From the NCBI GenBank assembly GCA_965226555.1, contig CBDDDG010000012.1, forward strand, positions 32,001 through 96,000: DNA of 64,000 bases, in the 5' to 3' direction. Source of the stretch: Salinispira sp. GTDB lineage: Bacteria; Spirochaetota; Spirochaetia; DSM-27196; Salinispiraceae. The notes under the pieces were generated by a model that saw only the letters and a program-made list of their open reading frames with translations, was not told where the DNA came from and did no database searches. Shown one piece after another: positions 9,760-20,137 of this stretch (the stretch's first letter is position 1; every line of letters begins with the position of its first letter). Made by a program: the position numbers and the translations under genes.

Positions 9760-11583
9760 ATGAAAAAACCATGGTCAATTACAACAACATTGAGGAATCC
9801 TGAAAGACTGAGAAATTTTTTGATTGTTCTGAAGCAACTCGAAAATCACACTTGGAGCAGCGAAACCCAAAAAGAATATCAAATACTCCTAATTCAAAAC
9901 AGAATATATGGTTATGGACGTTCCCAATTTTACAAGAACTTGAGACGTGAACAAGTTACTTTAATCAATAATGTGTCACAAAATATTTCATTTGCGCAGG
10001 CTGAGGAAATTTTCAACACTAAACGCTATATAGACTCGGCAATGCGTGGCAGACAATCATTAAATCCACTTAAAAAATTGGGTTTTGTTGCTATTGAACA
10101 TGGAAAATTAAAAATAACCGATCTGGGAAATCTTTTGCTGGAAGAAAATTTTGATTTTGGAGAACTTTTCTTTAGAAGTTTTTTAAAGTGGCAAATACCA
10201 AATCCCAATAGCTACCGAAGCTATCCTCCCAATGGGGTGTATAATATCAAACCGTTTATGGGAACCCTTCACTTGATTAACTCTGTTAATCAAAAAGAAA
10301 TCCTTCGCGGCAAGAAACGCAAAGGTATTAGTAAAGAAGAGTTTTCTCTTTTTTGTCCTACTCTTATTCATTATGACCTTATAGAGAAATATGCTGATGA
10401 AATAATAACGCTGAGAAATAAACTTGTCAAAAAGACCAAGGATGAACAAAGGGTGATTTTTAACGATTACAGAGACAAATTTGCCCGTGATTTCTTTAAC
10501 GTCAGTAACAAAAATGAAATTGATACACTGCTCAAAAATCTCCAGGATTATGGAGATAACGCGATTCGTTATTTTCGCTTAACTCGATATCTTTATATTC
10601 GCGGTCATGGTTTTTACGTTGATCTTGAACCGCGGAGAGAAGTTGAGATTAATTCTTTACTTGCGTACGACAATGCGCAAATACGGGAATTCGTATCAAA
10701 GAAAGAGTATTTGTCTTATATTTCAGACATTGCTCAGCCTCATTTACCATGGGAAACAAGGGAAAAGTATTGTGAAATTACAGAATTTCTCATAAGCGAA
10801 ATACATCAATATGAAAAAAGCTTAGGCAAAAAACGTACTGTCGTAAAGGCGCTTAAATCGATGCAGACAGGAGAATTGAAGGGCTATATTGCAACGCTCA
10901 GGACGTTCAGACGTCAACTACAGGAAGAAGAGAATTCGAGAAAATCTCAATCTATTGAAAAAATTCAATCATATATTGAATCATTTAAAAATATTGAGAG
11001 GTCTGATAACCGCCCTGTTCTGCTTGAACAGTTATCTACTCTTGGGTTATATGCACTCAATGATGCCTTAAAAATCCAACCAAATTATCCGGTTGGTGAT
11101 GATAATCAGCCAACTTTCACTGCTCCTGCGAACACACCGGATATTGAATGTTTTTATAAAAATTTCAACGCAATTTGTGAAGTAACCATGCTCAGAGGGC
11201 GCGATCAATGGTACAATGAGGGGCAACCAGTGATGAGACATTTGCGTGATTTTGAGGAAAAAAACCGCGACAAACCCTCATATTGTCTGTTCATTGCGCC
11301 AAGTTTACACCGAGACACGGTCAATACCTTTTGGGTGGCAATTAAATACGAGTATGAGGGAAAATTACAAAAGATTATCCCCCTCACAATCAGTGAATTT
11401 GTTTTAATTCTGAAAATATTACTCCAAATGAAAAAGGACGAAAAGGTCTTGAAGCATTCTGAAATATCTCGTTTATATGATGAGATTCTACAATCTTCAC
11501 AGTTATACAAGAATGCTCAGGAATGGGTAAAAAGTATTTCAGAAACTATCTCGACATGGGGAAACTCTGTAACCCAATCATAA
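9760..11583 (+). CDS. AlwI-family type IIS restriction endonuclease
   Basis: WSITTTLRNPER N-terminus; PDIE...EVTM...QWYNEGQPVMRH catalytic region; lies between two methyltransferases. Confidence 0.85.
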   Translation: MKKPWSITTTLRNPERLRNFLIVLKQLENHTWSSETQKEYQILLIQNRIYGYGRSQFYKNLRREQVTLINNVSQNISFAQAEEIFNTKRYIDSAMRGRQSLNPLKKLGFVAIEHGKLKITDLGNLLLEENFDFGELFFRSFLKWQIPNPNSYRSYPPNGVYNIKPFMGTLHLINSVNQKEILRGKKRKGISKEEFSLFCPTLIHYDLIEKYADEIITLRNKLVKKTKDEQRVIFNDYRDKFARDFFNVSNKNEIDTLLKNLQDYGDNAIRYFRLTRYLYIRGHGFYVDLEPRREVEINSLLAYDNAQIREFVSKKEYLSYISDIAQPHLPWETREKYCEITEFLISEIHQYEKSLGKKRTVVKALKSMQTGELKGYIATLRTFRRQLQEEENSRKSQSIEKIQSYIESFKNIERSDNRPVLLEQLSTLGLYALNDALKIQPNYPVGDDNQPTFTAPANTPDIECFYKNFNAICEVTMLRGRDQWYNEGQPVMRHLRDFEEKNRDKPSYCLFIAPSLHRDTVNTFWVAIKYEYEGKLQKIIPLTISEFVLILKILLQMKKDEKVLKHSEISRLYDEILQSSQLYKNAQEWVKSISETISTWGNSVTQS

Positions 11584-11587
11584 GAAT

Positions 11588-12355
11588 ATGAAAACAAACA
11601 TTATATATAATGAGGATTGTGTTGAGACACTCAACAAGAAAATAGATGAAGAATCTATTGATTTGATATTTGCCGATCCCCCATATAATCTGTCCGGCAA
11701 CGGTTTAAAGTGGAAGGGCAATAAAACTGGCGGAGATTGGTATATGGTAAATGAGGCATGGGACAAAATGTCCGCGCCGGAGCATGTACAATTTACAAGA
11801 AAATGGCTTAGTGCCTGTAATAGGGTTTTGAAAGACAAAGGAGCAATTTATGTTGCATGCAGTTACCATAACATTGCGGAAGTGATGATTGTGTTAAAAC
11901 AGCTTGATTACAAAATAAACAACATCATCACGTGGTATAAGACAAATGCGATGCCAAACATGACAAAACGAATGTTCACACACGCAACGGAATTTGTTGT
12001 CTGGGCGGTAAAAAAAAGTGGTTGGACATTTAACTATGAAGAGATAAAGAAAATAAATCCCGATAAACAAAAAAATGGTAATTTAAAACAGATGCGTGAT
12101 TTTTGGTCGCTCCCCCTCGTTCAGGGTAAGGAACGTTTGCGTAGTAAAAATGGACGCGCACTTCACCCAACACAAAAGCCCGAAGAAATGTTAAAGCGAA
12201 TTATTCTCGCAAGTTCCAACAAGGGCGATGTTGTTCTTGACCCCTTCCTAGGGAGCGGTACAACCTCTTATGTCGCAAAAAAATATGAACGTAAATGGAT
12301 TGGAATTGAAAAAGATAAGAAGTATGTAAAAATTGCCAAAGAAAGAATGAAGTAA
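11588..12355 (+). CDS. Beta-class N4/N6 DNA methyltransferase
   Basis: ADPPYN, HPTQKP and DPFLGSGTT. Confidence 0.92.
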   Translation: MKTNIIYNEDCVETLNKKIDEESIDLIFADPPYNLSGNGLKWKGNKTGGDWYMVNEAWDKMSAPEHVQFTRKWLSACNRVLKDKGAIYVACSYHNIAEVMIVLKQLDYKINNIITWYKTNAMPNMTKRMFTHATEFVVWAVKKSGWTFNYEEIKKINPDKQKNGNLKQMRDFWSLPLVQGKERLRSKNGRALHPTQKPEEMLKRIILASSNKGDVVLDPFLGSGTTSYVAKKYERKWIGIEKDKKYVKIAKERMK

Positions 12356-12379
12356 TTTTATATCCCGTATTCTCGATCA

Positions 12380-12556
12380 GAAACCTTTGCTACTGAAAAT
12401 TGTGCTCCGCACAATTTTTCAATGAGCTTTCTCTCATCTCAGAAAATTGTGCCCCGCACAATTTTTCAATGAGCTTTCTCTCATCTCTATTCTTGATTCT
12501 CTCAAGGTGTGGAAAGTTTTTCCTCAGGAAAAACTTTTGCCTTATGTAAAAATTTC
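12380..12556. repeat. Modular palindromic repeat, composite copy
   Basis: Two GAAAATTGTGC-N3-GCACAATTTT units, a GATTCTCTCA linker and AAAGTTTTTCCTCAGGAAAAACTTT. Confidence 0.9.
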
Positions 12557-12667
12557 TATTATATTTGTAGAAGCTGGCTATGTTTTAGCCTGTTAATTCC
12601 AATTTCCATGTTGCCCATATGTTTGGGAGCAATGAGGGCGTCGTAAGAGCTCTCAAGGAGGTTTATT

Positions 12668-13189
12668 ATGAAAAAGCACGATTTTATTGATATTCGTGTA
12701 TTTCTGGATGAAATTTTCGGTGTTGCCGAGAATTTCAAGGATGCTTTTACCAAGGAATTCGGTCAGTGGGAGTGCTGCGAGCCCAATTCCAAGTGTTGTC
12801 AGGATTTTTATCCTGCCTATGCGTATCCACCGGTAAATGTATATATTACCGAGAATCGGACAATGGTTATTCAATTCGCTCTCGCGGGATTTGCTGAATC
12901 CGATATTACCTTGGAGTTCAGGGGTGATTATCTGGTGTTTTCAGCAGATATTTCGAACGATTTTGAACCCGAGGAACATGTCAAATACTTTAAAAAGCGG
13001 CTCAAGCTTAAGAGTATTCAGGATCAGCGTTACTTTGTACCCGCCGACAAATATTATCAGGATAAAGTAACAGCCGTTTTTAACAATGCAATTCTCACTG
13101 TCACTATTCTCCCCCGAGATCAGGTGAAGGAAGATGAGGGTGTGAAAGTTAACATTAAAACCGAAAAGCAGGAATCCGGGCAGAAATAG
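12668..13189 (+). CDS. Hsp20/alpha-crystallin small heat-shock protein
   Basis: YPPVNVY, FALAGF and AVFNNAILTVTI; AAGGAGG SD. Confidence 0.88.
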   Translation: MKKHDFIDIRVFLDEIFGVAENFKDAFTKEFGQWECCEPNSKCCQDFYPAYAYPPVNVYITENRTMVIQFALAGFAESDITLEFRGDYLVFSADISNDFEPEEHVKYFKKRLKLKSIQDQRYFVPADKYYQDKVTAVFNNAILTVTILPRDQVKEDEGVKVNIKTEKQESGQK

Positions 13190-13207
13190 ATAACCTAAGG
13201 AGGAACT

Positions 13208-13330
13208 ATGCTTATAGGAATAATAATTGGTGTGATATTGGGCTTTTTCTTTAAACCCCAAATTGAGAATGGCATGAACAAGGTATCGAAATATATAAAA
13301 GATCGGAACAATCGGTCAGACGATTATTAA
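13208..13330 (+). CDS. Small (40 aa) single-pass membrane protein, not in the ORF track
   Basis: AAGGAGGAACT-ATG; MLIGIIIGVILGFFFKPQIENGMNKVSKYIKDRNNRSDDY. Confidence 0.7.
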   Translation: MLIGIIIGVILGFFFKPQIENGMNKVSKYIKDRNNRSDDY

Positions 13331-13391
13331 ATTTTGATAGTCACATCTTAACCTTTGCTCCCTTTCTCCGATAATTCGGAGGGGGGAGTAC

Positions 13392-15884
13392 ATGCAAAAA
13401 CGCAATCAATTCCAATCTCGGTTTCTATCATTCATTATGATAGTTTCTGGACTTTATATTTCTTTATCCGTAACAGGGGGGCTGATTCCGTCCCTCCAAT
13501 TCGGATTGCTTGCTCATGTACCAAACAGTGTACACATTCCGGGCATGTTTTTGTACAATTCATTCGGAATCATGGCCTATTACCCGGCCGTATATCTTAT
13601 ATACAACGGCGCGCTTATCGGGGCACGGAGAGATTCGTTACGGTCTTTTTTTGTTTCCACCCTCATGTTTCTTCCCATGTTGAGTTTGAGCGTTCTTTTT
13701 AGGTTTATGCTCGACAGCAGTTTTATTCAAACAGTAATCGGCGGATGGATGCTTACTGCATTCACGGCATCCGGCGCCATTATGGTTTCGGCTGCAACGA
13801 GCCTTGTGCTGATGCTTCTGGTATTTCAGGTAGGAGTCAGCATTCCGAAAGCCAGGAGAGAGAATGATGACCATGGAGACAGCCGGAATACCGTACAATC
13901 TCCCATACATCTACTCCCTTCACAGACAATTTCCAACGATTTGATAATATCAACAAACTCCAGAGAGAACCGCACAGAGAATCGTGCAGAGAACCGCACA
14001 AGAGAGAATATCCGGTCACTTCTTCAGACTACTATGACCGATTTCAGCTCCCAGCGGCATTCACCGGATGAGGAAAATCACACCGTGACTGAAGACACTA
14101 TGGCGGAAAACACTGTGACTGAAGACATTGAAGCAGCAGAATTGGATGAGCAGCCTGAACTCATTACTTTGAATTTTGGAATACATAATTCCCGCGACTC
14201 CCACGCGCGTAGCGCAGATTATCCTGAAGTTGAAGTGTACGAACCGAAAAATGAAAAAATTCAGGCAATAGTTGATCTCGCTCCAGAGGATTATATTCCC
14301 ATGGATGATCTGCCTGTCTCAGAGCCAGATTCTCCTCCCGCGCCCGCCCCTCTACCCCGTGAGGAAGTTAGTTCGCAGGGTTTCAGATACGAAGATGATG
14401 GAATACCCGCGTACAACATTCCGGTTGAGGGAATTCTTCATCATGCTGTTAAGGAACACTATTGGGTTCTTGATGAGGATTCTACAATGCAAGCCGCTCT
14501 TCTTCGCAGCACACTGGAGGATTTTGGTATTGAGGCAGAGGTGACGGGCGTTCGCAAAGGTCCTGTTATTACCATGTTTGAAATTTTGCCTGCGCCGGGA
14601 GTCAAGTTAAGTAGAATAGTGAATTTGGCAGATAACATTGCCCTGAGTCTTGCGGCAACCAGCGTGAGAATTGTCGCTCCCATTCCGGGGAAGCATGCTC
14701 TCGGTATTGAGGTGCCGAACAAGAAACGTTATTTGGTAACGTTCTCAGAAATTCTTCTGGAAGATGATTTTAAAAACGGAGACCACGCCCTTCCCATAGC
14801 GCTTGGAAAGAACATTACCGGTGAAGCGCAGATCATTGATCTTGCAAAAACGCCGCATCTGCTCATTGCGGGCGCGACAGGAGCGGGAAAATCGGTCTGT
14901 GTGAACAGCCTCATTACATCGCTTCTTTACCGCAGATCTGCCGAAGAAGTTAAAATGATTCTTATTGATCCGAAGATTGTTGAATTGAAATTTTATAACG
15001 GCATTCCTCATTTACTCACACCTGTTATTACCGATCCGAAAAAAGCGTTTCAGGCATTACAGTGGTGCCTCTTTGAAATGGAGCGCCGCTACAGCCTTCT
15101 GGATACAATGGCTGTTCGGGACATAAAGAGTTACAACAGAAAAATTACTGGCGGGGGCAAAGGCACGGGTGCGGGCGCAGACAGGGTCGCTGGCGGAGGC
15201 GGATGCGCGGGCACAGCCGCAACCGCGGCCGATTCTTCCGAAAACGTTCTTCCGTACATTGTTGTTGTTGTAGATGAGTTCGCTGATCTCATGGCAACGA
15301 GCGGGAAGGAACTTGAGTCGACACTTTCCCGACTTGCCGCTATGAGCCGTGCCGTTGGTATTCATCTTGTTCTGGCGACTCAACGGCCCTCCACCGATGT
15401 TATTACCGGACTTATTAAGGCGAACATTCCCAGCCGCATTGCCTTCATGGTTGCCAGCAAGGTGGATAGCCGCATTATCATTGACAGCATGGGAGCGGAA
15501 AAGCTTCTTGGGAAGGGCGATATGCTCCTCACATCTGCCTGGGATCCATTCCCTCAGCGCATACAGGGGGCGTATCTATCGGAAGAAGAAGTGGAACGTG
15601 TTGTTGAGCAGGTGAGAAAGACAGGCGATCCAGAGTACATAGACGATGAAATTTTTATTGGAAGTGATGATGGAAGTATTTCTGGAGCAGGCACCGACGA
15701 TCCTCTTATGGAACAGGCAATAGATATTGTATGTTCGGCGCAGAAGGCCTCTGCGAGTTATTTGCAGCGGCGGCTGAGCATTGGCTATAATCGCGCTGCC
15801 CGTCTCATTGAGGAAATGGAAAACATGGGAATAGTTGGCCCCCAAAACGGTTCCAAGGCCCGCGAGATTCTCCGGCATCTGTGA
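13392..15884 (+). CDS. ftsK: DNA translocase FtsK
   Basis: N-terminal TM segments, HLLIAGATGAGKS, VVDEFADLM, LATQRPS and gamma domain LQRRLSIGYNRAARL. Confidence 0.97.
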   Translation: MQKRNQFQSRFLSFIMIVSGLYISLSVTGGLIPSLQFGLLAHVPNSVHIPGMFLYNSFGIMAYYPAVYLIYNGALIGARRDSLRSFFVSTLMFLPMLSLSVLFRFMLDSSFIQTVIGGWMLTAFTASGAIMVSAATSLVLMLLVFQVGVSIPKARRENDDHGDSRNTVQSPIHLLPSQTISNDLIISTNSRENRTENRAENRTRENIRSLLQTTMTDFSSQRHSPDEENHTVTEDTMAENTVTEDIEAAELDEQPELITLNFGIHNSRDSHARSADYPEVEVYEPKNEKIQAIVDLAPEDYIPMDDLPVSEPDSPPAPAPLPREEVSSQGFRYEDDGIPAYNIPVEGILHHAVKEHYWVLDEDSTMQAALLRSTLEDFGIEAEVTGVRKGPVITMFEILPAPGVKLSRIVNLADNIALSLAATSVRIVAPIPGKHALGIEVPNKKRYLVTFSEILLEDDFKNGDHALPIALGKNITGEAQIIDLAKTPHLLIAGATGAGKSVCVNSLITSLLYRRSAEEVKMILIDPKIVELKFYNGIPHLLTPVITDPKKAFQALQWCLFEMERRYSLLDTMAVRDIKSYNRKITGGGKGTGAGADRVAGGGGCAGTAATAADSSENVLPYIVVVVDEFADLMATSGKELESTLSRLAAMSRAVGIHLVLATQRPSTDVITGLIKANIPSRIAFMVASKVDSRIIIDSMGAEKLLGKGDMLLTSAWDPFPQRIQGAYLSEEEVERVVEQVRKTGDPEYIDDEIFIGSDDGSISGAGTDDPLMEQAIDIVCSAQKASASYLQRRLSIGYNRAARLIEEMENMGIVGPQNGSKAREILRHL

Positions 15885-16405
15885 TATCTGTTATGAGAAT
15901 ATGTTCATTGTGCATGACGGTGTTAGTGCTATTTTCGTTCTCGGCTGCTGCGCAGCCCGCTGGTGTTTCGGATATAGAGGCAGTTCTGGGAGATGATGGC
16001 CGTTTTCTGAGTCCGCCGGTTGGTGTAAGTGAATCGGCGATGTTGGGGCTTATGATTCCGCAGGTACTTGAGGAATATGGCAGCCCGCAGCGTCTCTTCA
16101 GCATTCGCGGCGATGAATCGTGGCAGGATGATGTTGTGTTTTTCTACAATGGTTTTGTCTATTTTTACTGGTTTGAAGACAGGGTCTGGCAGGTTCGTTT
16201 CGATCACCGCCACAACGGAACGGTTGCCGGTGTGAAGATGGGACAGACATTCGATGAGGTTATCGCTGCGCTCGGTTCTCCACACTATGTTGGATCGAAT
16301 GAGATATTTTTCGATGCTCAAGATAGGGGATTCCCGATACGGCTGCGGCTTGTTTTTGAAGATGATCGTCTCCATGATCTGTATCTTTATCGGAGCGATT
16401 TTTAA
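15881..16405 (+). CDS. Hypothetical exported protein
   Basis: Signal-peptide-like N-terminus; GTGA overlap with the ftsK stop. Confidence 0.7.
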   Translation: MISVMRICSLCMTVLVLFSFSAAAQPAGVSDIEAVLGDDGRFLSPPVGVSESAMLGLMIPQVLEEYGSPQRLFSIRGDESWQDDVVFFYNGFVYFYWFEDRVWQVRFDHRHNGTVAGVKMGQTFDEVIAALGSPHYVGSNEIFFDAQDRGFPIRLRLVFEDDRLHDLYLYRSDF

Positions 16406-16406
16406 G

Positions 16407-18161
16407 ATGCGGGACAATACCCGGAGACGGGCTGCGCCGGGCGTTCAGGCATCGGGCTCTCAACCCCCGGGCGTTCACGCGCGAATATGCCTGAGTCTTC
16501 CCGGCCCCAATTGTGCCGCAAATATCCGCGCCATGCAGGGATCGACATATTCGGCTCTTGAATTCCGTCTTGACCGGATGCTCAATGATCTGCCTGCTTT
16601 TATTCCGCAGATTACGAGCCTGATGCAGAATGCTGAACTCATGCGGGTTCTGGATGGAGCGGATGATCCAGATGATTTTTCTATTATTATCACACTCCGA
16701 AGAAAGGAAGACGGCGGTTTTTTTTCTGAACCGGTGTTCAGGTCTGAGGAAATTCTGCTGGAGCTGTTTCAGCAGTTATGTAATGATCCAGTCTGGCCGC
16801 TGCTGAAACCTATGGTTGCAGTGGATATAGAACAGCAGTCTATCATGCAGGATTTCTTTCATTTCATGGATGAAAAAGATATTCGCCGTATACGTTCAGT
16901 ACACTATTTCGATTCCTGCCCTGCGGATATTTCCGGTATTCTTGAAGAACTTGCCGGAGAAGGCCGCAATGAAAAAAATGGCGGAGAACGTGCCGGAAGA
17001 AGATGTATTCCCAAGTTGGCGGCCATGCCTGCTTCTCTGCAGGAGCTTAACCGGATTATTGAAGGCGGGCAGGCATTTGCCGAAAAATTTCCTCAACAGC
17101 CCTTTATTCTTGTTGCCATGGGAGAATTGGGGCGTCCCAGCCGTATTTTACCCGAAAAAACCGGCAGCCGCATAAGTTTTACAGTTCCCGATCAGGCAAC
17201 ATCGGAACAGGCAACAGAAAACGGATCGGAACAGGGCGCGGCACACATCCGTACGACCGGCAGCAAAAAAACGACCGGTCGCATGATCGCCGCCACGGCC
17301 AGCCACATGATCGCCGCCATGACCAGCAGTGAAATGGCGGCATATCGTTCCCTTCGGATATATCGGGATACACCCATTTTTGCAATTATCGGGAACCCTG
17401 TTTCCCACAGCCGCAGTCCGGAATATCATAACCGCGTGTTTTCCGAAAGAAATCTTGAGGCTGTGTACATTCCCCTGCTGTGCGATAGTACCGCGGCTGT
17501 TCCCGATTTTTCCCGGCTTATGAATTTGAGAGGGGCATCGGTTACTATTCCACATAAGGAATCGGTTCGGAGCATATTACACGGTGAAAGTGAGGCCTGC
17601 GCGATAACAGGAGCCTGCAACACTATCTATCTCGATGAAAACGGGAATTGGAGAGGGGAAAATACCGATGTTGAGGGATTCCTCCAGCCGATAAAGCCAA
17701 TCGGTAATGTTCATTCAGCAACAGTAATTGGCGCCGGCGGAGCTGCAAAGTCGATAGTGTATGCTCTTCTGAGAGAGGGGGTGAAGGTGCTCCTCTTGAA
17801 CCGTACTGTGAGCCGGGCAGAGCAGGTTGCCGCCGATATGGAGGCATATTTTCCCGGTGCGGTCTGTCCTGCTCCCCTGAGTTCCGATTCCCTTCCGCGT
17901 ATCCGCAAACATAATCAGCTAATAGTACAAACCACATCGCTCGGCATGGAGGGAAATGAAGATGCCGACCCATTAATCTTTTATGAATTCGATGGCAGTG
18001 AATTTCTCTATGATATTATTTACACCCCGCCTGTTACCGCTATTATAAAGCGGGCGGCTGCCGCCGGCTGCAGATATCAGAATGGTCAGGATATGTTTAT
18101 CGGTCAAGCCGAAGTTCAGGCTGATATTTTTGCGCGTTGTCTCACGAACTGTCTCAGATAG
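16407..18161 (+). CDS. aroE: Fused type I 3-dehydroquinate dehydratase / shikimate dehydrogenase (AroD-AroE)
   Basis: LEFRLD, SVHYF and AMGELGRPSR (DHQase I); GNPVSHSRSP, VTIPHK, NTD and GAGGAA (SDH). Confidence 0.9.
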   Translation: MRDNTRRRAAPGVQASGSQPPGVHARICLSLPGPNCAANIRAMQGSTYSALEFRLDRMLNDLPAFIPQITSLMQNAELMRVLDGADDPDDFSIIITLRRKEDGGFFSEPVFRSEEILLELFQQLCNDPVWPLLKPMVAVDIEQQSIMQDFFHFMDEKDIRRIRSVHYFDSCPADISGILEELAGEGRNEKNGGERAGRRCIPKLAAMPASLQELNRIIEGGQAFAEKFPQQPFILVAMGELGRPSRILPEKTGSRISFTVPDQATSEQATENGSEQGAAHIRTTGSKKTTGRMIAATASHMIAAMTSSEMAAYRSLRIYRDTPIFAIIGNPVSHSRSPEYHNRVFSERNLEAVYIPLLCDSTAAVPDFSRLMNLRGASVTIPHKESVRSILHGESEACAITGACNTIYLDENGNWRGENTDVEGFLQPIKPIGNVHSATVIGAGGAAKSIVYALLREGVKVLLLNRTVSRAEQVAADMEAYFPGAVCPAPLSSDSLPRIRKHNQLIVQTTSLGMEGNEDADPLIFYEFDGSEFLYDIIYTPPVTAIIKRAAAAGCRYQNGQDMFIGQAEVQADIFARCLTNCLR

Positions 18162-18205
18162 AAAATGGTACTACAAAAAGCGGAAAAAACATGACAAGAT
18201 CTGAA

Positions 18206-18946
18206 TTAAAATGTCTGCGGTTTAAAGTCTTCGGCGTTGATAATGGAGGCGCTGGAACCCGTGGCTTTAATGGCAAAGAGCTTCTTTTTTTGAGCGTATT
18301 TATCGGCCGATCCAACAACATTTATGTAGGCAACACCCCCGTAAATAATATCGTTTTGAAAGCGGGGCATGGCTGTTCGAAATAGTTTCATGCTCTTGAG
18401 AAAGTGATCCACATCTTCTACCCTGAGAGTGGTTTTAACTTCAATTACCACCGTTTCATTGCCGTTGCAGGCAATAAGATCAAACTCGGCAAGCGGTTTT
18501 CCCGGAACTTCTATATATTCTCTTCTAACCAAAGTTTTGTCTACGGTAATTCCTCTCATCTTGAGCAACCTTACCAAGTCGCCCTCCACCAAGCTCTCAA
18601 TGAGCTTGCCCCACTGGGAGGTAAAGAGTTCATCGAGCTTTTTTAGCCTGCGGTCGGTTTCCTTCTCTCGACGCTGAGACTCCTTCTCTCGACGCTGAGA
18701 CTCCTTCTCTCGACGCCGAGACTCCAGTCGGGACTCTTCCATTCGGCGGTCAGTTTCCTTCATTTGGCGGTCGGTTTCCTGCATTCGACGGTCGGTTTCT
18801 TGCATTTGGCGGTCGGTTTCCTGCATTCGACGGTCGGTTTCCTGCATTTGACGGTCAATTTCCTTCCCTCGACGCTCAGCCTCCTTTTGGGCCTTTGCCG
18901 TTTCTGCCATCATGTCTTTAATTTCTTGTACGGTTAGTTCTGCCAT
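18206..18946 (-). CDS. Coiled-coil heptad-repeat protein with C-terminal PD-(D/E)XK-like domain (DUF3782-like)
   Basis: (M)QETDRR heptads; WGKLIESLV, EFDL and IEVK; GGAGG SD. Confidence 0.75.
   Translation of the reverse strand: MAELTVQEIKDMMAETAKAQKEAERRGKEIDRQMQETDRRMQETDRQMQETDRRMQETDRQMKETDRRMEESRLESRRREKESQRREKESQRREKETDRRLKKLDELFTSQWGKLIESLVEGDLVRLLKMRGITVDKTLVRREYIEVPGKPLAEFDLIACNGNETVVIEVKTTLRVEDVDHFLKSMKLFRTAMPRFQNDIIYGGVAYINVVGSADKYAQKKKLFAIKATGSSASIINAEDFKPQTF
18655..18860. repeat. In-frame 21-bp tandem repeats
   Basis: Repeated CGGTCGGTTTCCTGCATT and CTCCTTCTCTCGACGCTGAGA units. Confidence 0.9.
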
Positions 18947-19014
18947 TGTCTGCCTCCTCTCTCATGTATAATAGCCTTTTCCGGGACTGAAATCAACTTT
19001 ATTGCACAAGTTTC

Positions 19015-20024
19015 CAGAACTTCCCCAACAATTTTTTTGACGGGGTTTTGACAGAATAATGGAGGGAGATTTTGCCCTTGAGCAGTGAGTATGAGGCGGG
19101 AATACCGGGCGCATAGACCACACTTAGCTCAACATCACTCGTAATTACCCAGAACGTCTCCTTCCCTTCGGTGACCCGCAGCACCAGCACCGGCACCGGC
19201 ACACCATGCCATTCGTCAGGCACTGCCTCAATCTGGTAACTCGTTGATCGTTGATAATCATACCCGCTCGCGGTTTGGACTGCATCACTATAGAACCCCT
19301 GATGTTCCATATAGCGGGCTGCGCGATCAAGGAGCAAACGCTCATATTTCCGAGGGGTTCCGTGTCCAGATAATCGAGATCAAACAGACTCTTGCATGAA
19401 AATAATGGCATCGATATAATGAGAGCCATTATTTGTGATAGCTGAACAACCGGTCGTTTCCGAGGGTCGGTTAAATTGGTTGTTTTCAGCATCTGTCCGA
19501 GCCTTTGAATAAAGGTTCGGGCAACACTTTTTTTCTGAGAACACATATAAAGTTTTGCTACTGGAAATTGTGCTTGCGCAATTTTCCAAGGCAAAACTTT
19601 CTACACAATGAGAGAATCAAGAGTATAACAAAGTTTTGCCTGTGGCAAAACTTTCTATACCTTGAGGGAATCAAGAATATGGATGAGAGAATCCTTATTG
19701 GAAAATTGTGCTCTGCACAATTTTCTGTGATGGGAGAATCCTCATTGGAAAATTTTGCAGAGCAAAATTTTCACATAATGCCTCTCCCGTAATAATGGGA
19801 ATTATACCGCGCATAAGTAGATTTTCGAAGGGGCTATGCTCATTTTGCGTGCAAAGAAGACTATGATCAGGTATAATTTTAGTAAAATTGAAATTTTTGA
19901 TTGACATAAAGCTTTTCATTAGGTAAAATACTCAGGAATTCTGTGATGTGTTGATGATTAGTAGATCATGAATGTGTATGAGAGTTCCTGCAATGGTCTG
20001 AAAAAATTTGTTGGGGAAGTTCTG
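19015..20024 (-). mobile_element. Multiply deleted derivative of the 1462-bp IS with both TIRs and a nested palindromic repeat
   Basis: CAGAACTTCCCCAACAA at 19015 and TTGTTGGGGAAGTTCTG ending at 20024; discontinuous transposase fragments; no TSD. Confidence 0.9.
19548..19771. repeat. Modular palindromic repeat, largest composite, flanked by a CACATA duplication
   Basis: CACATA at 19542-19547 and 19772-19777; inserted at the transposase start codon. Confidence 0.92.
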
Positions 20025-20137
20025 CTTGCTGGATTTTGTGGTTGACAAGTTTTCTAATCACAATATATACTGGCTCATATATTTATGAGACCGTTGCTGT
20101 GCAACGATTTCAAACTGTTACTGTAAGGAGTGAAAGT

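Noticed and set aside
12560..12667. CIRCE heat-shock operator upstream of hsp20
   Set aside because: No TTAGCACTC-N9-GAGTGCTAA-like sequence present
19548..19771. CRISPR array suggested by clustered palindromes (also 12380, 27358, 55745)
   Set aside because: Units vary in sequence and spacing, the 'spacers' are themselves repeated modules, and there are no cas genes
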